Shown: one piece after another, positions 1 through 9,197 of the stretch | How the letters are laid out: the number at the start of each line of letters is the position of its first letter | How positions within the stretch are numbered: the stretch's first letter is position 1 | Assembly (NCBI GenBank): GCA_965209035.1 | Contig: OZ242372.1 | Coordinates: forward strand, 1,600,001 to 1,664,000 | Reading direction: 5' to 3' | Source: Gammaproteobacteria bacterium | GTDB taxonomy: Bacteria; Pseudomonadota; Gammaproteobacteria; CBDBNL01; JAAOII01 | Length of the DNA: 64,000 nt | Translations under genes and position numbers: made by a program | Notes under the pieces: generated by a model | What the model was told of the DNA's origin: nothing | What the model saw: only the letters and a program-made list of their open reading frames with translations | Database searches by the model: none

Positions 1-432
1 GCATGCCCGGTGCACCTGGGCAACGGATGCGGATGCGTCCGGCTTTTCGTTAAAATGACTGAAAAAAGTTTCCGGCTCGCCGCCGAGCGATCTTCGGATT
101 TCGTCCTTAATTTTTTCGGTCGGGCAAGGAGTGACCTTGTCTTGGAGTTTGGACAGTTCTTCTATCAGGCGCGGTTGGAACAGATCCGAGCGGGTGGACA
201 GGATTTGTCCGAACTTAATGAAGATGGGTCCGAGTTCTTCCAACGCGAGTCGCAATGACTGTTCCGGCGGCAGTCTTTTGCCGAACAAACGACCGAGGCA
301 AAGAAAGGGCAACAGCAGAAACATTGCCGGCACATAAACGGGCAGAAAAGAATACTTGGGTTTTGCGCCGAACCTGCCCAAATTGTATTTTGCCAGGACA
401 AACAAAATACGCAGAATGCGAAAGAGGATCAA
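1..432 (-). CDS. ubiB: Ubiquinone biosynthesis protein kinase-like UbiB (5' part; runs off the window)
   Basis: Not in the ORF track. Manual minus-strand translation gives LRLALEELGPIFIKFGQILSTRSDLF...LQDKV...ASASVAQVHRA. A TTG start overlaps the ubiE stop. Confidence 0.9.
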   Translation of the reverse strand, partial: MILFRILRILFVLAKYNLGRFGAKPKYSFLPVYVPAMFLLLPFLCLGRLFGKRLPPEQSLRLALEELGPIFIKFGQILSTRSDLFQPRLIEELSKLQDKVTPCPTEKIKDEIRRSLGGEPETFFSHFNEKPDASASVAQVHRAC

Positions 433-1196
433 GGCTTTACGCCCTGATGAATTGCGACTGCGCCAAAAGACATATTATGGTAAACGCATCCGACAAACCC
501 GGCATCTTTGAGCATGCCGAGCAGTTCTTCCTGGGAGGGATGAACACGGATCGATTCAACCAGATATCTGTAACTCTTTTCGTCGTTTGCAACCCACTTG
601 CCGAGCATTGGAATCACATTAAAAGAATACAGGTCGTAAAGTTTGGCAAGATGTTCTTCGGTTACCCGAGAGAACTCCAAAATCAGCAGCCGGCCGCCGC
701 TGCGCAGTTTTTGCAAAATGCCGGCAAGGGCTTTTTCTTTGTGCGTGACATTGCGTAAGCCAAAAGCAATGAGTGCGAGGTCGAAAGAATTGTCCTCAAA
801 CGGCAGCTCTTCGGCGTTGGCTTCCACAAATCGGACATTGCGGACAACGCCGGCATTGGTGAGTTTGTCCCTTGCCAGCTGCAGCATCCGCGGGTTGATG
901 TCGCTCACGGTGAGTTCGGCGTAATCGGGGTAGCGTTTTCCAATCGCCAGGGCAATGTCCCCGCTGCCGGCGGCCAGATCCAAGATATTTGCGTTTGCGA
1001 CAGGCTGCGCGATGTTGATGAACGAATGTTTCCAAAGACGATGCATCCCTCCCGACATCAAGTCGTTCATTAAGTCGTATTTTGAGGATACGGAAGAAAA
1101 AAGATCGTAAACGCGTTTTGATTTTTCCGTGGCGGATACCTTTGCGAACCCGAAACGAAACCGGGGGCCTTTGGATGGGTCTTTGGCGTCGGTCAT
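429..1196 (-). CDS. ubiE: Ubiquinone/menaquinone C-methyltransferase
   Basis: Motifs KYDLMNDLMSGGMHRLWK, ILDLAAGSGD, FGLRNVT and YLVESIR. Start placed at MTDAKD (255 aa); the longer ORF-track N-terminus overlaps the upstream gene. Confidence 0.95.
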   Translation of the reverse strand: MTDAKDPSKGPRFRFGFAKVSATEKSKRVYDLFSSVSSKYDLMNDLMSGGMHRLWKHSFINIAQPVANANILDLAAGSGDIALAIGKRYPDYAELTVSDINPRMLQLARDKLTNAGVVRNVRFVEANAEELPFEDNSFDLALIAFGLRNVTHKEKALAGILQKLRSGGRLLILEFSRVTEEHLAKLYDLYSFNVIPMLGKWVANDEKSYRYLVESIRVHPSQEELLGMLKDAGFVGCVYHNMSFGAVAIHQGVKP

Positions 1197-1257
1197 TTGG
1201 CGTCGGTCATTTTGAGAGGGCATTTGGAAGGCGGTTGCCGGAAACTGCCGGACAGGC

Positions 1258-2310
1258 CTATGCGGATTGGCGCGGCCAGTATTCAACCAGCGTCTTGATG
1301 AAGGTGGCAAGGGGAATGGCAAACAGGACACCCCAGAGCCCCCAAATATTTCCAAAAACCAATATGGCGACAATAATTGTGACGGGGTTAATGTTACTGA
1401 TTTCCGAAAACAGATAAGGCACCAAAACATTGCCGTCCAGAATCTGGATGATGGTGTATGCCAGAATGATGTAAAAGAAATATTGCTCAAATCCAAACTG
1501 TGAGAAAGCGACTATGCCTACCGGAAATCCCGCCACGAAAGCCCCCACATAAGGAATGATCACGGAAACTCCTGTCCCTAGGGCAAGGAGGAACGAAAAG
1601 TTTAGCCCCATGACAGCAAACACGATCCAAGAAACTATGGCGACGATCAGCATCTCCAATAACTTGCCTCTGATGTACTTCAGCATCTCCACTTTCATTC
1701 GGCCGCCCAAGTCCTCGACCATTTTGTGCTCTTTGGGAAGAAACTTGGAAAAATACTCCAACCATTTGTTGTAATCCTTGAGCAAAAAGAACACCATGAT
1801 CATCACCAGAGAGGAGTAAACCACAGCAGTTAACAAATCCCCCAAGGATGCAAGAGAAGAAGAGAGAATCCGTTGCCCGTAGGCGTTGATGTTTTTTTCG
1901 GTAATGTTGATGAAATTGTCAACATCTCTTTCTTGGATGAACTCGTATCTTTCGGGTAGCAAGTGCAGCCAACGGGTGGCATCTTGTATCATGCCCGGCA
2001 CCGCGTTCACTAACTGGCGTAACCTTTCCCAAAGAACCGGCAGCATCACAAAACTCGCGGTGAAGGATGCCCCGAAAAACAGAAAGAACACCAAAGAAAC
2101 CGCGATAACCCGCCGCAACTTGAAAGTGTTATGCAGCCAGACAACGGCTTCGTTTAGCAGAAAACTTAGAAAAAGGGCGATGAACAACGGCAGCAGATAC
2201 TTGCCAATATAGTAAAAGCCTATGCAAAATAACAAGAAAAGAAACAGGGCGAAGCCCGATTCGCTTGCCGCAAAATATTTAAGATAGGTGTTTTTAATAA
2301 ACTTCCACAT
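1258..2310 (-). CDS. AI-2E family transporter (PerM-like)
   Basis: 350-aa polytopic membrane protein with IPYVGA, QILDGNVLVP and WGLWGVLFAIPLA motifs. Confidence 0.9.
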   Translation of the reverse strand: MWKFIKNTYLKYFAASESGFALFLFLLFCIGFYYIGKYLLPLFIALFLSFLLNEAVVWLHNTFKLRRVIAVSLVFFLFFGASFTASFVMLPVLWERLRQLVNAVPGMIQDATRWLHLLPERYEFIQERDVDNFINITEKNINAYGQRILSSSLASLGDLLTAVVYSSLVMIMVFFLLKDYNKWLEYFSKFLPKEHKMVEDLGGRMKVEMLKYIRGKLLEMLIVAIVSWIVFAVMGLNFSFLLALGTGVSVIIPYVGAFVAGFPVGIVAFSQFGFEQYFFYIILAYTIIQILDGNVLVPYLFSEISNINPVTIIVAILVFGNIWGLWGVLFAIPLATFIKTLVEYWPRQSA

Positions 2311-2385
2311 TTTTTTTCGTGCTTTTTGCTGTTATTCGCTGTTTTTTGCTATTTTGAGGCTGTCTTTTTTTAACCGGAGGCTAAT

Positions 2386-3768
2386 TTAGCACTCTATGAC
2401 ATTGACTGCCAGACCGCCGCGGGCCGTTTCTTTGTATTTGTCTTTCATATCCTCGCCGGTTTCGCGCATGGTTTTGATGACCTTGTCCAAAGAAACAAAA
2501 TGGGTGCCGTCTTGCCGCAGTGCCATGCGCGCCGCATTGATGGCCTTGACGGCACCCATGGCATTGCGCTCAATGCACGGGATCTGCACCAGACCGCCCA
2601 CCGGGTCACAGGTGAGGCCGAGGTTGTGTTCCATGGCGATTTCGGCGGCGTTTTCCACCTGATGGCAACTGCCACCCATGGCTTCGGCGAGTCCGCCGGC
2701 GGCCATGGAGCAAGCACTCCCCACCTCGCCCTGACAGCCGACTTCCGCTCCGGAAATAGAGGCATTCTTTTTGTAAAGGCTGCCGATGGCACCGGCTGCC
2801 AAGAAAAACCGCACAATTCCCGTTTCATCGGCGCCTTTGCAGAAGTTGGTATAGTAGTGCAGAACCGCCGGTATGATGCCGGCCGCTCCGTTGGTCGGCG
2901 CCGTGACCACTCTGCCACCGCCCGCATTTTCTTCGTTAACCGCGATTGCATAAACATTCACCCAGTCCATATCTTGGAGGCCGGGACTAATCATGTCCAC
3001 CGCGGATTTTTTTCGCAGATCCTCGCAGAGCTCCTTGGCGCGTCGTTTGACCTTTAATCCGCCGGGTAAGATTCCTTCGTTGCGGATGCCGTTTTGCACG
3101 CATTCTTGCATCACCGCCCAAATCTTTAAAAGACCGGCTGTCACCTCCTTTTTGGCACGCCATGCCTTTTCGTTCTCCATTTCCAGGTCGCTGATGGCAA
3201 GGCGATGTTTTTCGCAAAGTCGGATGAGTTCCGCTGCGGAATCAAAGGGATAAGGCACTTTGATGTGATCTTCGCTGATTTGTCGGTTTCCCGCCGCGTC
3301 TTCGGTGACGACGAAGCCGCCGCCGACAGAATAGTAGGTTTTTTTGAGCAAGAGATCACCGTTCGCATCCGTGGCGACACAACACATGCCGTTTGAATGA
3401 TACTTCAGTTGTTTGCGTTTGTGGAATATCATATCCTTGTCCGGATGAAATGGGATATCCCGCTCGCCAAACAAAGAGATTGATTTTTCCCGCATCACGC
3501 GCTCAATGCGTTGTTCCGTGTGCGTTGGGTCAAATGTTTCCGGCTTTTCACCTTCCAGACCGAGTATGACCGCTTTTTCCGTTCCGTGCGCTTTGCCGGT
3601 CGCGCCGAGAGAGCCGTAAAGTTCTATGCCAATGTGCGCTGTTTTTTCCATCATCTTTTCCTGTTTCAGGGCATCGCCAAACATTCGCGTGGCCTTCATA
3701 GGGCCAACCGTATGTGAACTGGACGGGCCGATTCCAATTGAAAAGAGTTCAAAAACGCTTAATGCCAT
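2386..3768 (-). CDS. sdaA: L-serine ammonia-lyase (Fe-S)
   Basis: Motifs [34 protein letters not shown] and [22 protein letters not shown]. Confidence 0.97.
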   Translation of the reverse strand: MALSVFELFSIGIGPSSSHTVGPMKATRMFGDALKQEKMMEKTAHIGIELYGSLGATGKAHGTEKAVILGLEGEKPETFDPTHTEQRIERVMREKSISLFGERDIPFHPDKDMIFHKRKQLKYHSNGMCCVATDANGDLLLKKTYYSVGGGFVVTEDAAGNRQISEDHIKVPYPFDSAAELIRLCEKHRLAISDLEMENEKAWRAKKEVTAGLLKIWAVMQECVQNGIRNEGILPGGLKVKRRAKELCEDLRKKSAVDMISPGLQDMDWVNVYAIAVNEENAGGGRVVTAPTNGAAGIIPAVLHYYTNFCKGADETGIVRFFLAAGAIGSLYKKNASISGAEVGCQGEVGSACSMAAGGLAEAMGGSCHQVENAAEIAMEHNLGLTCDPVGGLVQIPCIERNAMGAVKAINAARMALRQDGTHFVSLDKVIKTMRETGEDMKDKYKETARGGLAVNVIEC

Positions 3769-3945
3769 CTCTTATCCCTTATTCTTTGTCCTTCGCTCGT
3801 GCTTGCACTTGTTTTTTGATGCGAATAAATGAATGAATGAATGTACGAGGATTGCGGTCCCGCGGATATTTTCGTTGAGACAATAAAGCACCGCCAAAAG
3901 ATTGTCCGCCATTACTTCGTTTTGCCCCGCTTCGTTTTGTTTCGC

Positions 3946-5190
3946 TTAGCTCGAATATACCGGAAATCGTTTACAAAGAGCGACGACGGCCTGTTGTATT
4001 TCCGTTATCAGGTTTTCGTTGTCCGGCTCATCCAAAATATCGCATATCCAAGCGGCGGTTTGGCGTACTTCCTCTTCCTTAAAGCCGCGTGTTGTGCATG
4101 CGGGGGTGCCGAGCCGCACTCCGCTGGTAACAAACGGGGAACGCGTGTCGTTCGGCACGGCATTCTTATTCAGAGTGATGTTGGCTTTGCCCAGGGCTTC
4201 TTCGGCTTTTTTCCCGCTGAGGTCTCGGTCGGTGAAAGAAACCAACATCAGATGATTATCCGTTCCGCCGGAAACCACCTGATATCCTCGTTGCATGATC
4301 ACCTCCGCCATCACGCGGGCATTCTTAACGACTTGTTTTTGATATTCTTTAAACTCGGGTTTCAACGCTTCGCCGAAGGCAACCGCCTTTGCGGCAATCA
4401 CATGCATCAGCGGGCCGCCCTGCATGCCGGGGAACACCGCGGAGTTCAATTTCTTGTCAAGTTCCGGCTGTCCTTTGGTTAGGATGATCCCGCCGCGCGG
4501 TCCGCGCAACGATTTGTGGGTGGTGCTGGTGACCACATGGGCATGTTCAAGCGGGTTGTCATATAGGCCCGCGGCAACCAGCCCGGCAACATGCGCCATA
4601 TCCACCAACAGGTAAGCGCCGACTTCGTCGGCAATTGCGCGCATCACTTTCCAGTCCACTTGACGGGAATGTGCGGAAAACCCTCCGATGAGCATTTTGG
4701 GCTTGTGTTCCCGTGCCAGATTACGCATATTGTCGTAGTCCGTCCAGCCGTCTTCCTTCAACCCATAATGAATGGCTTTGTAAATCTTGCCCGAAAAATT
4801 AACCGGCGAGCCGTGGGTTAAATGACCTCCTTCGGCTAAGTTCATTCCCAACACAAGATCATGCGGGTTGAGTAACGCCATAAAGGCGGCCGCATTTGCC
4901 TGGGCGCCGGAATGCGGCTGCACATTCGCATAGTCCGCGCCAAAAAGTTCTTTGACTCTGTCCAGAGCCAGTTGCTCTACGATATCCACATGCTCGCAGC
5001 CGCCGTAGTATCTTTTCCCCGGATAACCTTCCGCGTACTTGTTGGTCAGGACGGTCCCTTGGGCCGCCATGGCAACGGAACTTGCGTAGTTTTCCGAAGC
5101 GATTAATTCAATATGTTCTTCTTGCCGAAGTTCTTCGCCGCGAATTGCCGCTGCGAGCTCCGGGTCGGATTTTTCTATCAGATGTTGCAT
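3946..5190 (-). CDS. glyA: Serine hydroxymethyltransferase
   Basis: Motifs [22 protein letters not shown] and [13 protein letters not shown] (PLP lysine). Confidence 0.98.
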   Translation of the reverse strand: MQHLIEKSDPELAAAIRGEELRQEEHIELIASENYASSVAMAAQGTVLTNKYAEGYPGKRYYGGCEHVDIVEQLALDRVKELFGADYANVQPHSGAQANAAAFMALLNPHDLVLGMNLAEGGHLTHGSPVNFSGKIYKAIHYGLKEDGWTDYDNMRNLAREHKPKMLIGGFSAHSRQVDWKVMRAIADEVGAYLLVDMAHVAGLVAAGLYDNPLEHAHVVTSTTHKSLRGPRGGIILTKGQPELDKKLNSAVFPGMQGGPLMHVIAAKAVAFGEALKPEFKEYQKQVVKNARVMAEVIMQRGYQVVSGGTDNHLMLVSFTDRDLSGKKAEEALGKANITLNKNAVPNDTRSPFVTSGVRLGTPACTTRGFKEEEVRQTAAWICDILDEPDNENLITEIQQAVVALCKRFPVYSS

Positions 5191-5277
5191 ATTTTTTTCC
5201 TCTTAATTAAAATATAGTTCTTTCATTTTACAACAGGTTCTTTATTTTATGTTTTGAAGATGAACCGCATGCTGCAA

Positions 5278-5309
5278 TGCATCATCCCGGCAAGGGTTGC
5301 ACTCTAAGT
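5278..5309. repeat. Single right arm of the hairpin repeat family
   Basis: TGCATCATCCCGGCAAGGGTTGCACTCTAAGT resembles the reverse complement of ACTCAGAGTCCAAAACCTTGCCGGGATGATG at ~57318. Confidence 0.6.
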
Positions 5310-5412
5310 GATATCCATATCTTGTAGTTCCGCAGGTGCCGCCCGATTCTCAAGGCGAAACCGATTGGCTAACTTCTTTGGGGCATTTCAAACTGCTCTA
5401 TTAATGAATGTA

Positions 5413-5474
5413 CTAATGCTTAGGGAATAACTCTTGCAAGTTTTATTCGGATAACCCAAAACCGGACGGGATGA
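5413..5474 (+). repeat. Degenerate IS481 right-end copy (internally shortened)
   Basis: CTAATGCTTAGGGAATAACTCT...CAAAACCGGACGGGAT closely matches 8144-8216. Confidence 0.7.
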
Positions 5475-5475
5475 T

Positions 5476-5599
5476 TGTATGATCCCACCCATTTCCAGAC
5501 TTTTGTTGTTTTTGCAAAAATTGGATCGGCGAGAGTTGTTTGAGAGCATAATAGAGGCGTTCGCGATGATACCAAGCCAACCACTCGATGAGTTTGGCG
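5476..5599 (-). repeat. Inverted copy of the last 124 bp of the IS481 element
   Basis: The reverse complement matches 7861-7984 with about 10 mismatches and starts with the terminal TGT. Confidence 0.95.
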
Positions 5600-5631
5600 A
5601 AGACCGCTCAATGAGTCTAGCCCCTTAATTG

Positions 5632-6498
5632 TTACTTACGTTTGGGTTTGGGTTCGTATTTGTCTATATCATTAATATCCCAATGATTCTCCTTGAAAAA
5701 CTGATTACGCAGATACAGACCGGCCAACAGATGCACCGACTGCACAGTGCCCACCGCTTTGATTATTCCCTTCGTCTCTTCGGTTGCCGATATATTCCTT
5801 TCAACAAAAGCGTAGATCACTTCCGCAACTTGATAAAGATCGCCTTGCTCTTCTTGTTCCGAGTTAAGTTTTTTTAGATCCTTATTCCATTCTTCCCGAT
5901 GCTCGTCCACATATTCCATCAGCCCGCTACTTTCCAGTATCGCTTCACCGATGTCGGTCATATTGAGAGGAGATGCTTTTTGAGAATATAAAGCGCGTTC
6001 TTCTTCAACCGAATCTCTCTTTGCCATGTTTCCCAAAACAGTAAGAATTTTTACGGTATCACGATGCATATCTTCTCTTAACTCTCTTTTATCTTCTCTT
6101 AACTCTCTTTTAACTTCTTTTATTTCTGTTTTAACTTCCTTTATTTCTGTTCTAACTTGTTTCATTTCTGTTTGGACTTCTTTTATTTTTGTTTGGACTT
6201 CTTTTATTTCTGTTTGGACTTCTTTTATTTCTGTTTGGACTTCTTGTTGGCTCACTTCCAACCGCTTGATACCCTTATATATTGAAATGAACGCATATTC
6301 GCCAATTAAACCAATCACAAGTGATAACAAAAATATCAAAAGAATCACAAACCAATTGTTTGCCGAAACCTGCCCGTATGTAATCGCCGTGTCGTAAACC
6401 GTCATCGTGGATAAAACGGAAAATACAATAAGCCCCAGGGCCGCCGTGAATTTCGCACGACCGCTTAATTTGAGATCTGTGCGTTTATTCATCGGCAA
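5632..6498 (-). CDS. Hypothetical protein with 2 TM helices, a heptad coiled coil and a globular C-terminal domain
   Basis: 288-aa ORF; GAGGAGGAG RBS upstream (start TTG 6498 or ATG 6492). Two hydrophobic segments are followed by (QTEIKEV)n. Confidence 0.85.
   Translation of the reverse strand: MPMNKRTDLKLSGRAKFTAALGLIVFSVLSTMTVYDTAITYGQVSANNWFVILLIFLLSLVIGLIGEYAFISIYKGIKRLEVSQQEVQTEIKEVQTEIKEVQTKIKEVQTEMKQVRTEIKEVKTEIKEVKRELREDKRELREDMHRDTVKILTVLGNMAKRDSVEEERALYSQKASPLNMTDIGEAILESSGLMEYVDEHREEWNKDLKKLNSEQEEQGDLYQVAEVIYAFVERNISATEETKGIIKAVGTVQSVHLLAGLYLRNQFFKENHWDINDIDKYEPKPKRK
6075..6245. repeat. 21-bp coding tandem repeat (about 8 units)
   Basis: TTTCTGTTTGGACTTCTTTTA-like units encoding QTEIKEV, drifting to KRELRED. 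Confidence 0.9.
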
Positions 6499-6637
6499 TC
6501 ACTCCTCCTCAAATTCATAAAATAGTGTCCTCTATCCTCCCGCATTTGTTATGATGTTCCCCTTTTTAATAAACTGCATTGCCCTAATGATATCTTACCA
6601 CAAAACCTTTTAGAAATTTTATCATTATATAATTCCA

Positions 6638-6740
6638 AACTCAGAGTCCGGAACCTTTATGAGATCATGCAATGATGCCCGGAGATGCATGATCTCATAA
6701 AGGTTCTGGACTCTGAGTTCGGCATTGTGCGTCCTCAGAT
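6638..6740. repeat. Long palindrome (34-bp stem, 14-nt loop); most perfect member of the hairpin repeat family
   Basis: 6638-6671 pairs with 6686-6719 with one G-T mismatch. The right arm's family similarity extends to 6740. Confidence 0.9.
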
Positions 6741-6891
6741 CAAGCGGCCGGAGGTTCTGTCGGACGGGTCGAAAATAGATCCGGCAACGGGCCTTCGGTA
6801 TGTGGAGCTAGATGAATGAAACGGGCAAGAAGGACGGATAGCTGTTTTGCTCTCACCGCCGCAGACAGCGGAGGCTTGTTGTTGATAAAAC

Positions 6892-7984
6892 TGTCTAGGT
6901 GTATCCGCTGGCGAGACGGTACGGTTTGTGAGGGCAGCCGGACTGCACATTGGAAATGAGAGGGACACGTTTACGCTACATTGGTTATCGCGTGCGCGGT
7001 TTCAATAAAATGGTGGTTTTAGCAAATCAATATTTAAACATGTCTAAAACCACCAAAATAAAACTGGACACCTTGGCGTTCGCGCGCAAACATGGTGTCG
7101 CGGCCGCGTTGGATCATACCAGGATCAGTCGTGCTACATTCTACGAGTGGCAGCGGCGTTTCCGTGAAGGCGGGGTCGATGAACTGGCGAACAACTATGG
7201 GTATCAGCCCAAGCGGTCCAACACCTGGCCACCGGCACTGATTACCAAGATCCGATCTTGGCGACAACAGCGTCCGAACATCGGTGCCGGTAAACTGGTC
7301 TGCTTGTTACCCGAATGGTGTCAGCAGCGCGGGCTGCCGCTGCCCAGCCAATCAACGCTCTCTCGCATCATTGCCGATGACCCGGATAAGATGCGGTGCA
7401 AACCATCGCGGTCCGTGCCGAAACGCCCGCGGCATGGTGCTCCGCGCGAGCGCAAGGACACCCGCTTTGTTGCGGGCCGGAGAGGTGAATGTGTTGCCTT
7501 TGATACGCTCGTCCGCATCGTCGATGGCCGGCGCTTTTATTGGCATGTCGGCATTGACCTATTTTCCCGCTTCTCACTGGTCAGTGTCGACACCTCCGCT
7601 GCTTCGGCCAGTTCCGCCCGGCTCTTTACCGCCATGCAAAACATACTCGGCACTCGGATCGAAAAAGTCCTCACCGATAATGGCAGTGAGTTCGCCAAAG
7701 ACTTTCACCGGGTCGTGACCGCAAACGGCAGCACCCACTGGTATACCTATCCAAGGAAACCGCAAATGAATGCACACTGCGAACGGTTTAATCGCACTCT
7801 CTGGGAAGAGTTCGGTTGTCATATGCGGCATCTCTTGGTTAAGGATATGCCGGCATTCAACGCCAAACTCATCGAGTGGTTGGCTTGGTATAATCTGGAA
7901 CGTCCCCATTATGCTCTCAAACAACTCTCGCCAATCCAGTTTTTGCAAAAACAACAAAAGTCCAGAAATGGGTGGGATCATACA
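6892..7984 (+). mobile_element. IS481-family insertion sequence (~1.09 kb; left end tentative)
   Basis: The right end ...GGTGGGATCATACA is delimited by the copy at 5476. The candidate left TGT at 6892 matches the IR only poorly. No target duplication seen. Confidence 0.7.
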
Positions 7985-8218
7985 GGTAAGCAGACATCAA
8001 ATTTTTTGGAAATCTGTTGGCGGGTTGTTAGGTCGCCGAGGTTACCGGGATGCTTGTTTAACTTAAAAGAATACTTGAAAAGATACCCGGGACAGATTCT
8101 AACTCCTCTATGCATCTCTATGCATCCCTCATTCACTAATGCCCTAATGCTTAGGGAACAACTCTCGCCGGTTCGCTGCGGACAAAACCGGAAAAATCTC
8201 CAAAACCGGGCGGGATAG
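6956..8218 (+). CDS. IS481-family (rve integrase core) DDE transposase; reads through the right end
   Basis: N-terminal HTH (ISRATFYEWQRRF), then AFDT, LTDNGSEF, HCERFNRT and WYNLERPH. No stop occurs before the IS end at 7984. Confidence 0.9.
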   Translation: MRGTRLRYIGYRVRGFNKMVVLANQYLNMSKTTKIKLDTLAFARKHGVAAALDHTRISRATFYEWQRRFREGGVDELANNYGYQPKRSNTWPPALITKIRSWRQQRPNIGAGKLVCLLPEWCQQRGLPLPSQSTLSRIIADDPDKMRCKPSRSVPKRPRHGAPRERKDTRFVAGRRGECVAFDTLVRIVDGRRFYWHVGIDLFSRFSLVSVDTSAASASSARLFTAMQNILGTRIEKVLTDNGSEFAKDFHRVVTANGSTHWYTYPRKPQMNAHCERFNRTLWEEFGCHMRHLLVKDMPAFNAKLIEWLAWYNLERPHYALKQLSPIQFLQKQQKSRNGWDHTGKQTSNFLEICWRVVRSPRLPGCLFNLKEYLKRYPGQILTPLCISMHPSFTNALMLREQLSPVRCGQNRKNLQNRAG

Positions 8219-8224
8219 GACACA
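8141..8224 (+). repeat. Degenerate IS481 right-end copy
   Basis: Shares AACAACTCTCGCC exactly with the IS 3' end and finishes GGGCGGGATAGGACACA (IS: GGGTGGGATCATACA). Confidence 0.75.
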
Positions 8225-8312
8225 ACCTTTAAAAAGGTCCGTTCGCTTCTCATATAATACTTCTTATCACAAGTTATAGTTTGTTCTTACATTAATAATC
8301 ATCAATCATCGG

Positions 8313-9197
8313 TTGAAAATGTTCCTCATATTGCGCGGCCTGGCATATCATTTCTTTTTGTATGTCGTGGTATTTTTAATGAGTGCCTTTTTGGTGCCAC
8401 TGCACCTTTTTGTTCCGCGGGTGCATTCCTATTTTTATTATTGTCAAAGTCGGGTGTTCAGTTTTTTCTTGCTGTGGACTGCGGGAGTGCGGTTACGCAC
8501 GAGCGGCGTCCGACATTTTCGCGAACTGGGTAAAAAATCGTGCATTCTGATCTCCAATCATGTAACCACTCTGGATGTGCCAATTCAATTGCGCGCCCTG
8601 CGCGAGTACAATGTGTGCATTGTGTATAGTCATCGCGTGGTTGTGGGTATCCCCTTGATCGGTCCTTTGGTGATGCGCGTGTTCAATTCCTTCGGTTGGT
8701 TAAGTATTAAGCGCGGTGCGGCGGATATTTCGGGGTTAAAGGAATTGATTACCGATGCCTTGGACGGCAAAAGAAAAAGAATCATATTAAGTGTTTATCC
8801 GGAAGGCAACAGGAGTGCGGACGGGTCCTTGTCACCTTTTCAAAAGGGGGCTTTTTACTTGGCAATGCGTTTGCAGTTGCCTATTGTACCTATTCTCATG
8901 CAGGGTGTGTCCGCCCTGCACCGGCGAGAAACGCTTGCGGTGCGCGGCGGCCCGGTGGGTGTGGATGTGTTGCCGCCGATTTATCCGCCGAAATTGACGG
9001 CAGACCTTTCCAATCCAAGGGAATTTATGAAGCAACTTAAACGGGGGGCGGATGCCCTGCAAGCCCAAGCGGAGAATATATATACCGGTGTGCCGAATTT
9101 GAATTGGGACGCGCAGGCTTACCGTAAGTCGCTCAACCTCAACAAACAAGGAGGATCTGTGGAAGCGCTAAAAACGCATACGGGACAACCGGCATGA
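8313..9197 (+). CDS. Lysophospholipid acyltransferase (PlsC family)
   Basis: Motifs SNHVTTLD (HX4D), YPEGNRS, FQKGAF and PIVP. Confidence 0.9.
   Translation: MKMFLILRGLAYHFFLYVVVFLMSAFLVPLHLFVPRVHSYFYYCQSRVFSFFLLWTAGVRLRTSGVRHFRELGKKSCILISNHVTTLDVPIQLRALREYNVCIVYSHRVVVGIPLIGPLVMRVFNSFGWLSIKRGAADISGLKELITDALDGKRKRIILSVYPEGNRSADGSLSPFQKGAFYLAMRLQLPIVPILMQGVSALHRRETLAVRGGPVGVDVLPPIYPPKLTADLSNPREFMKQLKRGADALQAQAENIYTGVPNLNWDAQAYRKSLNLNKQGGSVEALKTHTGQPA

Noticed and set aside
1197-1496. 100-aa N-terminal extension of UbiE in the ORF track
   Set aside because: It overlaps the AI-2E gene on the same strand; UbiE similarity begins near MTDAKD.
6634-6723. Hairpin as an integron attC site
   Set aside because: The ends (TCCAAAC/GTTCGGC) deviate from RYYYAAC/GTTRRRY, the stem lacks extrahelical bases, the copies lie upstream of genes, and no IntI is present in the window.
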